Positions 26,794 to 37,552 of a DNA stretch of 64,000 nt are shown here, in pieces; position 1 is the stretch's first letter, and every line of letters starts with the position of its first letter. The position numbers and the translations under genes are program-made. A model generated the notes under the pieces. That model saw only the letters and a program-made list of their open reading frames with translations, was not told the origin of the DNA and searched no databases. The stretch covers positions 9,594 to 73,593 of the forward strand of contig JBBDIH010000192.1 of the NCBI GenBank assembly GCA_040880505.1, in the 5' to 3' direction. This stretch comes from Minisyncoccota bacterium. GTDB lineage: Bacteria > Patescibacteriota > Minisyncoccia > UBA6257 > GWB1-50-10.

Positions 26794-28581
26794 ATGACCA
26801 AAAGAAAAAAAAGAAAAAAGAAAATCGCCAATGTTAAAAACTCTAGCAAGTCAAAGAAGGACGAATTATATTGGCTTAAAAAGGCTCTTTATTTATTTGC
26901 TGTTGGAACAGTAATAATAATTGGTGGAGCTGCTCTACTTATTGCTGGCTTTAGAAGTGGTGGTCATGATGTTCAAATAGAAATATTACAATTAGATGAA
27001 AATATTCTTAGGGGTGTGCCCACAGATATTGATGTAAATATAATAAACGAGACTGGGAGCCAACTAAATAACGCTAGTTTAAATGTTATATTTGATTCAA
27101 AAGCTTCTAACTTGGATGTAGACGGCGATAAAAATAGCCTATTAAAAAACATAGGGAGTATATCACCGGGTGGACTAGATAAAAGATCTATAAATGTTCT
27201 TCCCATTGGAAAGGCGGGTGAGGTTAGTGAGATTAGGGCTACTCTATCTTATTCAATAGGAACTACTAGATTTGAAGAACAGAAAACATTTAATCTAGAA
27301 ATTAACGAAGAACCTATTAATGTAGAAGTTAATAGACCAGAGCAAATTGTAGGAGGATCTGAATTTGAAATAGAAATAAATTATGAAAATAACTCTGATT
27401 ATAATTTTAATAATCTTGCTTTAGAAATTCAGTATCCAGATTCTTTTAATTATATATCTTCTAACTTGCAGCCTGAAAATAGTAATAGGTGGTTATTAGG
27501 AGGATTAAGACCCAACTCTAATGGATCAATAAATGTTCGTGGTGTATTAAATGGAACGAACCTAACCCCAAGCTTTAATGTAAATGTAATAACAGAAATG
27601 ATAGGTAATGAATATGTAATTGCGGATAATTCTTCAGACATAGAAATAGAAGGATCACCGTTAAAAATTGAAACAACAATAAATGGTGTTAGTAGTCACA
27701 TTACCTTCGCTGGAGAAAGATTAATATATTTTATAGATTATGAAAACAAGAGCGGAATAGCTCTAAGAGACGTTGAAATTATAATGGATTTATCTGGTGA
27801 TATGTTTGATTTTTCAACATTAAGTTCTTCTGGTGAATTTGATGAACAAAACAAAAGGATCACATGGAATAAAGAAACAAATCCAGAATTTGGTTTTATT
27901 GAACCTGGAAGAAAAAGTAGAGTAATTGCAAATATTAATCTTAAATCTTCCTTTCCAATATCAAGATTAAGTGATAAAAACTTTGATTTAGAAGTGAGTA
28001 GTAGAATAAAATCACCTTCTGTACCTTATTACATAGAAGCTAATAGCATATCAGCTGTCTCTAATTTAAATACTAAAGTTAGAGGACTTACAACAATAGG
28101 TGCTAAAGCTTTTTTTAGAGATGCCTCTTCTGGAATTATTAATTCTGGATCTCTTCCACCAAAAGTTGGGAAACCAAATGAATACAGTATTCATTGGACA
28201 TTAAAAAATTACTCAACAGATGTGGAAAATGTTGAGGTAACTGCAAGCCTTCCAAGTGGAGTTAATTGGATAGGAGTAATAGAAAGTGATTTAGAAGAGG
28301 AGCCAATTTATAACTCAGAAGAAAGAGAGGTGGTTTGGAAAATAGATAATATTCAAGCAACAAAAGGAGTTATTTCTCTACCAATAAATACAGTTTTTAA
28401 AATAGAAGCAACTCCAACCGAAGATATAGAAGGACAATTTCAGTCTTTATTATCTAGGACCACATTAACGGCAATAGATGAATGGACTGGCGTTACTTTA
28501 ACTTCGATCGATAATCCATTAAACACAGCTCTTCCGGACGACAAAACAACAGATGAAGAAGATGGCGTTGTGATAGATTAA
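26794..28581 (+). CDS. hypothetical N-terminally anchored large extracytoplasmic protein
   Basis: Lys-rich start, one TM helix, then about 540 aa of repeated beta-rich segments (possibly DUF11/CARDB-like, not verifiable here). I prefer the ATG at 26794 over the ORF-track TTG at 26785. Confidence 0.4.
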   Translation: MTKRKKRKKKIANVKNSSKSKKDELYWLKKALYLFAVGTVIIIGGAALLIAGFRSGGHDVQIEILQLDENILRGVPTDIDVNIINETGSQLNNASLNVIFDSKASNLDVDGDKNSLLKNIGSISPGGLDKRSINVLPIGKAGEVSEIRATLSYSIGTTRFEEQKTFNLEINEEPINVEVNRPEQIVGGSEFEIEINYENNSDYNFNNLALEIQYPDSFNYISSNLQPENSNRWLLGGLRPNSNGSINVRGVLNGTNLTPSFNVNVITEMIGNEYVIADNSSDIEIEGSPLKIETTINGVSSHITFAGERLIYFIDYENKSGIALRDVEIIMDLSGDMFDFSTLSSSGEFDEQNKRITWNKETNPEFGFIEPGRKSRVIANINLKSSFPISRLSDKNFDLEVSSRIKSPSVPYYIEANSISAVSNLNTKVRGLTTIGAKAFFRDASSGIINSGSLPPKVGKPNEYSIHWTLKNYSTDVENVEVTASLPSGVNWIGVIESDLEEEPIYNSEEREVVWKIDNIQATKGVISLPINTVFKIEATPTEDIEGQFQSLLSRTTLTAIDEWTGVTLTSIDNPLNTALPDDKTTDEEDGVVID

Positions 28582-28603
28582 GGCTTAAGTTAGTATTAAA
28601 AAT

Positions 28604-29911
28604 ATGTCTATATTAGAAAAAATTACATCTTTATCAAAAAGAAGAGGTTTTATTTATCCTGATTCAGAAATATATGGTGGAATGAAAGGGTCTTGGGATT
28701 ATGGACCATTAGGATCTCAGATGAAGAAAAATATAAAAGATCTTTTTTGGAAAGAGATGGTTCAAAAAAACAATAATATTATAGGAATTGATGCTTCTAT
28801 AGTTATGAACCCAAAGGTTTGGGAGGCTAGTGGTCATGTTGAATCTTTCACTGATCCATTAGTTGAGTGCAAAAAATGTAAAAAAAGATTTAGAGCTGAT
28901 CATATAGAGACTAAAAAATGTCCAAGCTGTGGAGGTGAACTAGGAGAAGCTAGAGTTTTTAACTTATTAGTAGAAGCTAGCTTTGGGGCGGTGGAAGGAG
29001 AAAAACAAGCCGTATATTTAAGAGGAGAAATAACTCAAGGAGTTCACACAAATTTTAAACAAATATTAGACACAACAAGAATACAAATTCCTTTTGGTGT
29101 AGCTCAATTTGGTAAGGCTTTTAGAAATGAAATAACACCAGGTAAATTAACTTTTCGTTCTAGAGAATTTGAACAAATGGAGCTTCAATTTTACGTTAAA
29201 CCAGAAGAAAAAGAGTCTAGTAAGTGGTTTAACTTTTGGCAAAACGAAAGAATGAATTGGTATAAAAATTTAGGAATAAAAAAAGAGAACTTAAAATTTA
29301 GAGAACATGGGTCAGATGAATTAGCACATTATGCAAAAATGGCAGTTGATATTGAGTACAAAATGGGAGATGAATGGTTAGAGCTTGAAGGAATTCATCA
29401 TAGAGGTGATTGGGACTTAAAAAGACACCAAGAATACTCTGGCCAAAGCATGGAGTATCTAGATAATAAAACTAATGAAAAATTTATTCCTTGGATAATA
29501 GAAACTTCTGGAGGCATAGATAGAGCTGCTCTATTTATGTTGGTTGATGCTTATTTTGAGGACGAAGAGAACAATAGAACCGTATTAAAGCTTCATCCAA
29601 AAATAGCTCCTTATAAAGCAGCTGTATTTCCTTTGTTATCAAACAAACCAGAATTAGTAAATAAAGCTAAGTCTGTGTATGAAGACTTAAAAGAAGAATT
29701 TAATATTGATTGGGACGATAGAGGAAACATAGGAAAAAGATATAAGTATCAAGACGAAATGGGAACACCTCTTTGTGTGACTATAGATTTTGATACCCTA
29801 GAGGACAATACTGTTACAATAAGAGATAGAGACACAATGAAGCAGGTAAGAGTAAAAATAAATGAAATAAAAAATCATATAGAAGAAAAAATAAATGAAA
29901 CACTATCTTAA
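28604..29911 (+). CDS. glyQS: glycyl-tRNA synthetase (dimeric class II type)
   Basis: SKRRGFIYPDSEIYGGMKGSWDYGPLG, FRNEITPGKLTFRSREFEQMELQFY and GGIDRAALFML motifs. Confidence 0.9.
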   Translation: MSILEKITSLSKRRGFIYPDSEIYGGMKGSWDYGPLGSQMKKNIKDLFWKEMVQKNNNIIGIDASIVMNPKVWEASGHVESFTDPLVECKKCKKRFRADHIETKKCPSCGGELGEARVFNLLVEASFGAVEGEKQAVYLRGEITQGVHTNFKQILDTTRIQIPFGVAQFGKAFRNEITPGKLTFRSREFEQMELQFYVKPEEKESSKWFNFWQNERMNWYKNLGIKKENLKFREHGSDELAHYAKMAVDIEYKMGDEWLELEGIHHRGDWDLKRHQEYSGQSMEYLDNKTNEKFIPWIIETSGGIDRAALFMLVDAYFEDEENNRTVLKLHPKIAPYKAAVFPLLSNKPELVNKAKSVYEDLKEEFNIDWDDRGNIGKRYKYQDEMGTPLCVTIDFDTLEDNTVTIRDRDTMKQVRVKINEIKNHIEEKINETLS

Positions 29912-31176
29912 TGAATAAAGAATTTGAGAATTTTAAATTAAGTAACGGAGTAGAAATAATATTAATACCAAAAAAAGAAAGTCCTGCTACAACGGTCATG
30001 GCTTCTGTTAAGGTTGGTTCTAAATATGAAACTAAAGAACTATCGGGTCTTTCGCATTTTTTGGAACACATGGCTTTTAAGGGAACAAAAAAAAGACCTT
30101 CTTCATTTGATATAACCTCTCAACTAGAAGGAATAGGAGCAAGCTACAATGCTTCCACTGGCCAAGAATTTACTAATTATTATGCAAAAGTAAGAAATGA
30201 AAAATTTGATGAAGCACTAGATATAATATCCGACTTATACTTAAACTCAACCGTACCAACTAAAGAATTAGAGAAAGAAAGAGGTGTAATTCTTGAAGAA
30301 ATAAATATGTATGAAGATATTCCTATGAGAAAGGCTCATGATCTTTTTGAAGAAACTTTGTATGGAGATCAGCCTGCGGGTTGGCCAATACTTGGAAGAA
30401 AAGAAGTAATAAAAAAGATAACAAGAGAGGACTTTGTAAATTATAGAGAAAAACACTATAAGTCGGACAATACCATAATAACTATTTCTGGTGGATTTAA
30501 AGAAAAAGGCATAAAAGAAAAATTAGAAAAATATTTCTCTGACATGAATAAAGGACCAGAAACGGAAATGTCAAAAGTAGAAATAAATCAAAAAAATCCA
30601 AATTCTAAAATAGAATTTAAAAAATCAGACCAAGCTCATGTTTGGCTGGGTTTTCACGCTTTTCCTTCAAGCGATAAAAGATCATATATTTTAGAGGTTT
30701 TATCAGATATTTTAGGTGGAGGTATGAGTTCTAGACTTTTTACTGAAGTGCGTGAAAAAAGGGGTTTAGCTTATTATGTTGGTTCTGGGGCTTACTTAAA
30801 TACTAATTCTGGATTTATAGCTGCTAGAGCAGGACTAAATAAAGAAAAGACCGAAGAAGCTATAAAACTAATCTTAAAAGAATTTAAGAAAATTAAAGAA
30901 AAAAAAGTTGAAATAAAAGAATTAGAAAGAGCAAAGGAACATTTAATAGGAAATTTACTTCTATCTCTAGAAACATCTAACAGCTTAGCTGCTTTTTATA
31001 CAGAACAAAGAATTCAAAAACTAGACATTGTAACGCCTCAAGAGATAGTAAAAAAAATTAAATCTGTATCCGCAGATGAGATAAAGCAAGTAGCAAATGA
31101 TTTATTTAAAAAAGAAAGATTAAACTTGGCAGTAATTGGACCTTTTAAAGATTTTGGTGATATACTGAAAATATGA
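29911..31176 (+). CDS. M16-family zinc peptidase
   Basis: Inverted zinc motif HFLEHMAFKGT (HxxEH). Confidence 0.8.
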   Translation: MNKEFENFKLSNGVEIILIPKKESPATTVMASVKVGSKYETKELSGLSHFLEHMAFKGTKKRPSSFDITSQLEGIGASYNASTGQEFTNYYAKVRNEKFDEALDIISDLYLNSTVPTKELEKERGVILEEINMYEDIPMRKAHDLFEETLYGDQPAGWPILGRKEVIKKITREDFVNYREKHYKSDNTIITISGGFKEKGIKEKLEKYFSDMNKGPETEMSKVEINQKNPNSKIEFKKSDQAHVWLGFHAFPSSDKRSYILEVLSDILGGGMSSRLFTEVREKRGLAYYVGSGAYLNTNSGFIAARAGLNKEKTEEAIKLILKEFKKIKEKKVEIKELERAKEHLIGNLLLSLETSNSLAAFYTEQRIQKLDIVTPQEIVKKIKSVSADEIKQVANDLFKKERLNLAVIGPFKDFGDILKI

Positions 31177-32204
31177 AGAAGGTTCAAATAGAGTTAAGCT
31201 GGAATCTGCTTTGGCAGATAATGATATTCTTAGGAATAATCATACTTTTCTATGTCTCAAGACAGGCTATTGGGGTGCTTTTTGCTTCTATTATACTTTC
31301 ATTAGGATTAGACCCTATAGTTAGCTTTTTTGAAAGAAGGGGGATTAACAGATTAATAGGGACTATTATAGTCTTTTTATTAGCTATGCTTATATTTGCT
31401 ATAGCAATGTACTTTATTGTTCCTATATTTATAGTTGAAGCGTCTTCATTCGTTACTCAATTTAACGATGTTATATCGGCTATGCTTGGTTTTGGTATAC
31501 CAGAGTCTGTTATTGAAGCATTTAGCGCTAATTTAAATAAAATACTTTCATTTATAACTTCTACCAACGGTACCCTTGGTAATGCAATAGGATCTGTTAT
31601 AACAAATATTGTTTTAGCTATAACAACTATAATCATTACTTTTTATCTTTCTGTAGAAAAAAATGGCACAGAAAGATTATTAGAGATAATACTTCCTAGA
31701 ATTTATGAAAAACCAGTCTTAAAAGTTTTTAGTAAATTTAAAGAAAAAATAAGAGTTTGGTTAGTGGCACAACTCGGGCTGAGCTTAATAGTTGGTACGG
31801 TGGTAAGTGTAGGCTTATGGCTTCTAGGTGTAGAGTACGCTTTGGTTTTGGGAATAATAGCAGCAGTGCTAGAGTTAGTTCCGGTTGTTGGTCCAATACT
31901 TAGCGGATTCATAGCTTTTCTTATTGCTATAGCTAATTCATTTGCGTTAGGAATATACGTTCTGATTTTTTTCTTTGTTGTTCAACAGTTAGAAAACAAC
32001 GTATTGATCCCTATGATAATGAGAAAGGCAATGAGAATACATCCTGTTATGGTTTTAGTCGCCTTACTTGCTGGTGGTCAAGCAGCAGGACTTGTTGGTA
32101 TTCTTCTGGCTGTTCCTGTTGCTCTTATGGCTCAAGAAATATTTAACTATCTCGCTCATCAAAAAGAGCAAGCCCTAGCAGAAGAAAACAAAGCGATAGC
32201 CTAA
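31173..32204 (+). CDS. AI-2E family transporter (PerM/UPF0118)
   Basis: About 8 TM helices. The C-terminal LELVPVVGPILS...VVQQLENNVLIPMIM pattern is typical of the family. Confidence 0.7.
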   Translation: MKKVQIELSWNLLWQIMIFLGIIILFYVSRQAIGVLFASIILSLGLDPIVSFFERRGINRLIGTIIVFLLAMLIFAIAMYFIVPIFIVEASSFVTQFNDVISAMLGFGIPESVIEAFSANLNKILSFITSTNGTLGNAIGSVITNIVLAITTIIITFYLSVEKNGTERLLEIILPRIYEKPVLKVFSKFKEKIRVWLVAQLGLSLIVGTVVSVGLWLLGVEYALVLGIIAAVLELVPVVGPILSGFIAFLIAIANSFALGIYVLIFFFVVQQLENNVLIPMIMRKAMRIHPVMVLVALLAGGQAAGLVGILLAVPVALMAQEIFNYLAHQKEQALAEENKAIA

Positions 32205-32240
32205 AAAATATCAAATTTCTCTCTTATAAATTTATACATT

Positions 32241-32274
32241 AAAACACGCCATAACCTGGCGTGTTTTAATTTTG
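32241..32274 (+). terminator. rho-independent terminator
   Basis: AAAACACGCC-ataacct-GGCGTGTTTT followed by AATTTT. Confidence 0.7.
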
Positions 32275-32292
32275 AGTGTTAACCTGATTCAT

Positions 32293-33114
32293 ATGACTTA
32301 TTTTGATTCACATACTCACTTAAATTTACCTGAATTTGATAAAGATAGAGAAGAAATAATAAAAAAAACTAGCAAAGAAGGGCTTACTTTAATTAATGTA
32401 GGCACTAGGTTTGAAACATCTTTACTTGCTTTAAAGCTAGCAAAGGAAAATAAAAACATGCTTGCAACCGTTGGTCTTCATCCAACTTATGCATCGGGGT
32501 CATTTGATGGTGAAAAAGAAGATTTTCAAATAGAAAAATATTTAGAACTAACTAAAGAAAAAGAGATTGTTGCTATAGGAGAGTGTGGCCTAGATTACTA
32601 TCACGTTTCTGAAAAGGAAGCTAAAGAAAAACAAAAACAAATATTTAAAGAACATATAGATTTAGCCATAAAAACAGGCCTGCCTTTAATGATTCATTGT
32701 AGACCATCAAAGAACAAAGAAGATGAAAGAGGCTACTCACAAGATGCCTATGAAGATATTCTAGAAATAATAGAACCACATAAAAAAAATATTCCTGGAA
32801 TAATAATTCATTTTTTTGTTGGAAATGAAGAAACAACAAAAAAGTTTATTGATATCGGCTGTTATTTTACTTTTGGAGGGGTTATAACCTTTACCAAGGT
32901 TTATGATGGTGTTATAAAATCTATACCACTAGAAAAAATTCTTTTAGAGACAGACGCTCCATATGTGGCGCCTATTCCTTATAGAGGAAAAAGAAATGAA
33001 CCCATTTTTGTAAAAGAAATTTATAGAAAAATGGCAGAGATAAGAGGAATTTCTTTAGATGATTTAATAATCCAACTTGAGGAAAATAATAAAAAAATAT
33101 TTAAAATAAACTAA
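32293..33114 (+). CDS. TatD-family metal-dependent hydrolase
   Basis: MTYFDSHTHLN, IGECGLDY, MIHCR and LETDAPY motifs. I prefer the ATG at 32293 because the ORF-track TTG at 32272 lies within the upstream terminator. Confidence 0.85.
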   Translation: MTYFDSHTHLNLPEFDKDREEIIKKTSKEGLTLINVGTRFETSLLALKLAKENKNMLATVGLHPTYASGSFDGEKEDFQIEKYLELTKEKEIVAIGECGLDYYHVSEKEAKEKQKQIFKEHIDLAIKTGLPLMIHCRPSKNKEDERGYSQDAYEDILEIIEPHKKNIPGIIIHFFVGNEETTKKFIDIGCYFTFGGVITFTKVYDGVIKSIPLEKILLETDAPYVAPIPYRGKRNEPIFVKEIYRKMAEIRGISLDDLIIQLEENNKKIFKIN

Positions 33115-35574
33115 ATGGAAGATTACAATTTCAAAAAAATTGAGGCAAAGTGGCAAAGAGAATGGCAAGATAAAGGTGTCTACGAACCTGACTTGGAAAG
33201 CGCTGAAGATCCATATTACAACTTAATGATGTTTCCGTACCCGTCTGCGGAAGGACTACACGTGGGGAACATGTATGCATTCACTGGGGCTGATATATAT
33301 GGAAGATTTAAGAGAATGCAGGGGTTTGATGTGTTTGAGCCAATTGGCCTAGATGGGTTCGGGATTCACTCTGAAAACTATGCAATAAAAATAGGAACAC
33401 ACCCTGTAGATCAATCTAAAAAATCAGAAAAGAATTTTTATAAACAACTTGAAATGATAGGGAACGGTTTTGCTTGGAATGAAAAATTAGAAACTTACGA
33501 CCCAGAATATTATAAGTGGACTCAATGGTTATTTATCAAGTTATTTGAAAATGGACTAGCTTACAGAAAAAAATCACCAGTGAACTGGTGTCCAAGTTGC
33601 AAAACTGTTTTAGCTGATGAGCAAGTTGAAAATGGAAAATGCGAAAGATGTAGTAATGAGGTAGAAAGAAAAAACTTAGAACAGTGGTTCTTTAAGATAA
33701 CTAATTATGCAGATGCTCTGCTAGATGATTTGGAAGAATTAGATTGGTCAAAGAATGTAAAAATAGCACAATCTAATTGGATAGGGAGATCTGAGGGAGC
33801 TTTAATTAATTTCAACATAAAAGATACCGATGAAAGTTTAGAGGTGTTTACCACAAGACCAGACACCATAAACGGAGTAACTTACATGGTTCTTGCTCCT
33901 GAACATGAAGTATTAGAAAAACTTGAAGGAAAAATAAATAACTTAAAAGAGGTTAGCTCTTATATAGAAAAAGCTAAAAATAAAAGCGATCAACAAAGAA
34001 GAGAAGAGGCCGGGGAAAAAACAGGAGTAGAAGTAAAGGGATTAAAAGCAATAAATCCTGTAAACAAGAAAGAACTTCCGGTGTGGGTAGCAGATTATGT
34101 TCTTTCTGGATACGGAACGGGGGCAATAATGGCTGTTCCATCACTAGATGAAAGAGATGGGGAGTTTGCTGAAAAATTTAACTTACCAATAATTGAAGAA
34201 GAATTAATGGATTTTAATGAGGCCATAGAAAAATCAGGAGGGGAAAAACACACAAACTATAAATTGAGAGATTGGTTAATTTCTAGACAAAGATACTGGG
34301 GCCCTCCTATTCCTTTGGTTTTTTGTAAAAAGTGCTTTGAAAATGTGAAAAAAAATCCTGAAAACTACTCTAAAGGAGAAGTGGAAAATCCTGGTTGGGT
34401 AGCAGTAAAAGAAGATAGCTTACCCATAAAATTACCCTACATAGAAGACTTTAGACCAAAAGGAAAAGGTCAGTCCCCTTTAGCAAGTGATGAAAAATTT
34501 TATAAGACAAAATGTCCCAAATGTGGAGAAAATGCTACAAGAGAAACAGATGTTTCTGACACCTTTCTTGATTCTTCATGGTACTACTACAGATACATAG
34601 ATAAAGACAACAAAGATTCTTTTTCCAATGAAAAAAGGGTTAAGAAATGGTTACCTGTAGATATGTATATTGGAGGAGAAGAGCATTCTGTTCTGCATCT
34701 TTTGTACACAAGGTTTATAACTAAAGCTTTAAACGATTTTGGTTTTATAGACTTTGATGAACCTTTTAAAAAATTTAGGGCTCATGGACTACTTATAAAA
34801 GAAGGAACAAAGATGAGTAAATCTAAGGGTAATGTAATAAATCCAGATGAGTATATAGAAAAATTTGGAGCCGATGTTTTAAGAACTTACCTGATGTTTT
34901 TAGCTCCTTTTGAGGAGGGTGGTGATTTTCGTGATGCAGGAATAATGGGAATAGATAGATTTATAAATAGGGTTTGGAAAACTATAGAAAAAGTTAATAT
35001 AAATAACGGATCAGATATAGCCATAGAAACTCCCATAAAAGTAGTAGGAAAAGGACCTAACTATGAAGATATAGGCAAACCAAGATATGCAGATGAAAAT
35101 TTAGAGAAACAAGTTCATAAATCTATTAAAAAAGTTACTAGTGATATAAAAAAATTAAAGTATAATACTGCTATAAGTGAGCTAATGATTCTACTTAGTT
35201 ATCTAGAAGAACATAAACACTTAAATGGTACAAGTAATTATAAAGAATTTGTAGAAAGCTTTTTAAAGCTTTTAGCTCCTTTTGCTCCACACATAACAGA
35301 GGAGTTATGGAGAAATACCTTAGGTAATGAAACTTCTATTCATAAAGAAAAATGGCCTAAACATAACGAAGAATTAATAAAAGAAAGTGATTTTGAATTA
35401 ATAATTCAGGTTAATGGAAAGGTTAGAGATACCGTAAAAGTAAGTAAAGGAATAAATAGAAAAGACGCGGAAAAAATCGCAAAAGAACTAGATGGAGTTG
35501 CAAAGTATTTAGATGGTAATAATATAAAGAAGGTTATATTCGTAGAAGACAAACTAATAAATTTTGTAATATAA
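33115..35574 (+). CDS. leuS: leucyl-tRNA synthetase
   Basis: MMFPYPSAEGLHVGNMYAF (HIGH-type region) and KMSKSKGNVI. The CP1 editing region is present. Confidence 0.95.
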   Translation: MEDYNFKKIEAKWQREWQDKGVYEPDLESAEDPYYNLMMFPYPSAEGLHVGNMYAFTGADIYGRFKRMQGFDVFEPIGLDGFGIHSENYAIKIGTHPVDQSKKSEKNFYKQLEMIGNGFAWNEKLETYDPEYYKWTQWLFIKLFENGLAYRKKSPVNWCPSCKTVLADEQVENGKCERCSNEVERKNLEQWFFKITNYADALLDDLEELDWSKNVKIAQSNWIGRSEGALINFNIKDTDESLEVFTTRPDTINGVTYMVLAPEHEVLEKLEGKINNLKEVSSYIEKAKNKSDQQRREEAGEKTGVEVKGLKAINPVNKKELPVWVADYVLSGYGTGAIMAVPSLDERDGEFAEKFNLPIIEEELMDFNEAIEKSGGEKHTNYKLRDWLISRQRYWGPPIPLVFCKKCFENVKKNPENYSKGEVENPGWVAVKEDSLPIKLPYIEDFRPKGKGQSPLASDEKFYKTKCPKCGENATRETDVSDTFLDSSWYYYRYIDKDNKDSFSNEKRVKKWLPVDMYIGGEEHSVLHLLYTRFITKALNDFGFIDFDEPFKKFRAHGLLIKEGTKMSKSKGNVINPDEYIEKFGADVLRTYLMFLAPFEEGGDFRDAGIMGIDRFINRVWKTIEKVNINNGSDIAIETPIKVVGKGPNYEDIGKPRYADENLEKQVHKSIKKVTSDIKKLKYNTAISELMILLSYLEEHKHLNGTSNYKEFVESFLKLLAPFAPHITEELWRNTLGNETSIHKEKWPKHNEELIKESDFELIIQVNGKVRDTVKVSKGINRKDAEKIAKELDGVAKYLDGNNIKKVIFVEDKLINFVI

Positions 35575-35576
35575 AT

Positions 35577-35705
35577 ATGCATCACAAATATTTAGGAATG
35601 GTAATAATTATATTTTTAGGAATTATATTTTCCTTTATTTTTTCTCATTTCTCAATGGGAGAAATACTAGCTTTTTTAAAGCCTGAAGTTATAAAATTTT
35701 ATTAA
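35577..35705 (+). CDS. possible 42-aa hydrophobic peptide
   Basis: My translation is MHHKYLGMVIIIFLGIIFSFIFSHFSMGEILAFLKPEVIKFY. It is below the ORF-track size cutoff, and no Shine-Dalgarno or homology is recognisable. Confidence 0.2.
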   Translation: MHHKYLGMVIIIFLGIIFSFIFSHFSMGEILAFLKPEVIKFY

Positions 35706-35707
35706 TT

Positions 35708-36652
35708 TTATTCTCTCTCAGAGAGAATAACTTTTTTAAGAATACTTTCTTTGTTTCTTAAAATCTCTAGCTCCACTTCATCTCCTGGTTCTGATTCAGA
35801 TAAATAATCTTGGATTTTTTTATTCTGATTTATCTCTTCTCCATTCCATTTTAGTAATATATCTCCTTCTTTTATTCCTGTTTTGTCAGCTGGTGAATTA
35901 GAAATAACAGCTTTTTCAAAATTATGCTCTTTTAAAACCAGGGCTCCATAATTAATTTCTTTTTTAAATTTATTGTTTATCTTTTTATCTAAGGTTATGT
36001 ACCTTACTCCTAAAAAGGGAGTTCTTATACGACCAAATTCTTCTAGTTCTTCTAAGTCTTTTTCTACTACTTTTATAGGAATAGCAAATCCTATATTTTG
36101 AGCACCGGCAACAACTGCAAAATTAATACCTATTACATTACCCTTATTGTCAGTTAAGGGTCCGCCTGAATTACCTGGATTTATGGCAGCATCAGTTTGA
36201 ATTAAACCTCTTATTTCTGTTGCTGGTTTGTTTGATTCAATTTGCGCTTTTATAGACCTTGAAAGTCCAGATATAATTCCATGAGACACGGTATTTTGAA
36301 ACATTCCAAAGACATTTCCAAAAGCTAGAACGTCCTGACCAAGTTGAACATTCATTTTTTTATTTATATTTAAATAAGGAAGTTTTTCCTTGGTGTTTAC
36401 TTTTAAGATGGCTATATCATTAAGTGGGTCTCTTGCTAAAATTTCTGCTTCAATCTCCTCTTCTTTTATAATGACGGTATAATTATTTTCTTTTTCTGAT
36501 ATAACATGTATATTTGTGATAATTGTTCCGTTGGGTTTAATTATAAAACCTGATCCTCCATTTATCTCTTCTTTATCTTTTTTTACAATAATAGAAACAA
36601 CAGAAGGCATAACCTTTCTTACTGTTTTTATTAATGATGAATTATTAAACAT
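35708..36652 (-). CDS. HtrA/DegP-family serine protease with PDZ domain
   Basis: TNIHV, DIAILKV and GNSGGPL catalytic-triad contexts, with a C-terminal PDZ-like region (GIKEGDILLKWNGEEI). Confidence 0.85.
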   Translation of the reverse strand: MFNNSSLIKTVRKVMPSVVSIIVKKDKEEINGGSGFIIKPNGTIITNIHVISEKENNYTVIIKEEEIEAEILARDPLNDIAILKVNTKEKLPYLNINKKMNVQLGQDVLAFGNVFGMFQNTVSHGIISGLSRSIKAQIESNKPATEIRGLIQTDAAINPGNSGGPLTDNKGNVIGINFAVVAGAQNIGFAIPIKVVEKDLEELEEFGRIRTPFLGVRYITLDKKINNKFKKEINYGALVLKEHNFEKAVISNSPADKTGIKEGDILLKWNGEEINQNKKIQDYLSESEPGDEVELEILRNKESILKKVILSERE

Positions 36653-36672
36653 ATATTAATATTACCATATTG

Positions 36673-36745
36673 TGTCCCTACCAAGACTCGAACTTGGAGC
36701 GGGGGATTAGGAATCCCCAGTTTTATCCGGTTAAACTATAGGGAC
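36673..36745 (-). tRNA. tRNA-Arg (anticodon CCT)
   Basis: Hand-folded cloverleaf: acceptor GUCCCUA/UAGGGAC, D stem GUUU/AAAC, anticodon stem GGGGA/UCCCC with loop UUCCUAA, T arm CCAAG-UUCGAGU-CUUGG. 73 nt with no encoded CCA. Confidence 0.9.
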
Positions 36746-36805
36746 TAGGGTTAGTCCTTTATATAATAAATTAGAAAGTAGATAATATAAACAAGTAAAT
36801 AAAAA

Positions 36806-37552
36806 ATGAGCAAAAAATTAGGTCAACACTTTTTAAAAAATAAAGCAAAAATACATTATTTTATTAAACCTCTAGAAATAGAAGAGGGAGACACAATTAT
36901 TGAAATAGGCCCAGGAAAAGGAGTAATAACGAAAGAACTAAAAAATAAAGGAGTTAAATTAATATGTGTAGAAAAAGACGAAAAACTTGGAGACAAATTA
37001 ATTGAGAAAGGATATGAGGTTATAAAACAAGATATTTTAAAAATTCTACCAAAAATTTCACAAGATATTGGTAATTATAAATTAGTTGGAAATATTCCAT
37101 ACTATATAACCGGTAAATTACTAAGAACTATTGAGGAGTTGGGAAATAAACCTTTTATAACTGTTCTAGGAATTCAGAAACAAGTAGCAGAAAGATTAAC
37201 TGCAGAACCCCCAAAAATGAACATACTAGCTGCTTCTGTTAAATTTTGGGCTGACACAAAAATAATAACAAATATACCAAAAACAGACTTTTCTCCTCCA
37301 CCAAAAGTTGATGGAGCTATAGTAAGCCTAAAAACAAAAGATGAAAATTTTGATAGTGGCATTTATTACAAAGCAGTAAAGACAATATTTAAGCACCCTA
37401 GAAAAACCATAGCCAATAATCTAGATATAGGACTAAAAGAAAGAAAAGGTGAAATAAAAGAAATCTTAGAGTCTGCGGGAATACTGCCTTTTTGGAGGCC
37501 AGAAAACTTATCAATAAAGGACATAAAAAAGTTATCCCAAAAATTATATTAA
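36806..37552 (+). CDS. rsmA: 16S rRNA (adenine1518/1519-N6)-dimethyltransferase
   Basis: KKLGQHFLKN and IIEIGPGKGVIT motifs of KsgA/RsmA. Confidence 0.9.
   Translation: MSKKLGQHFLKNKAKIHYFIKPLEIEEGDTIIEIGPGKGVITKELKNKGVKLICVEKDEKLGDKLIEKGYEVIKQDILKILPKISQDIGNYKLVGNIPYYITGKLLRTIEELGNKPFITVLGIQKQVAERLTAEPPKMNILAASVKFWADTKIITNIPKTDFSPPPKVDGAIVSLKTKDENFDSGIYYKAVKTIFKHPRKTIANNLDIGLKERKGEIKEILESAGILPFWRPENLSIKDIKKLSQKLY

Noticed and set aside
32272-32292. TTG-initiated extension of the tatD-like ORF
   Set aside because: It overlaps the T-tract of the upstream terminator. The conserved TatD N-terminus (MTYFDSHTHL) starts at the ATG at 32293.
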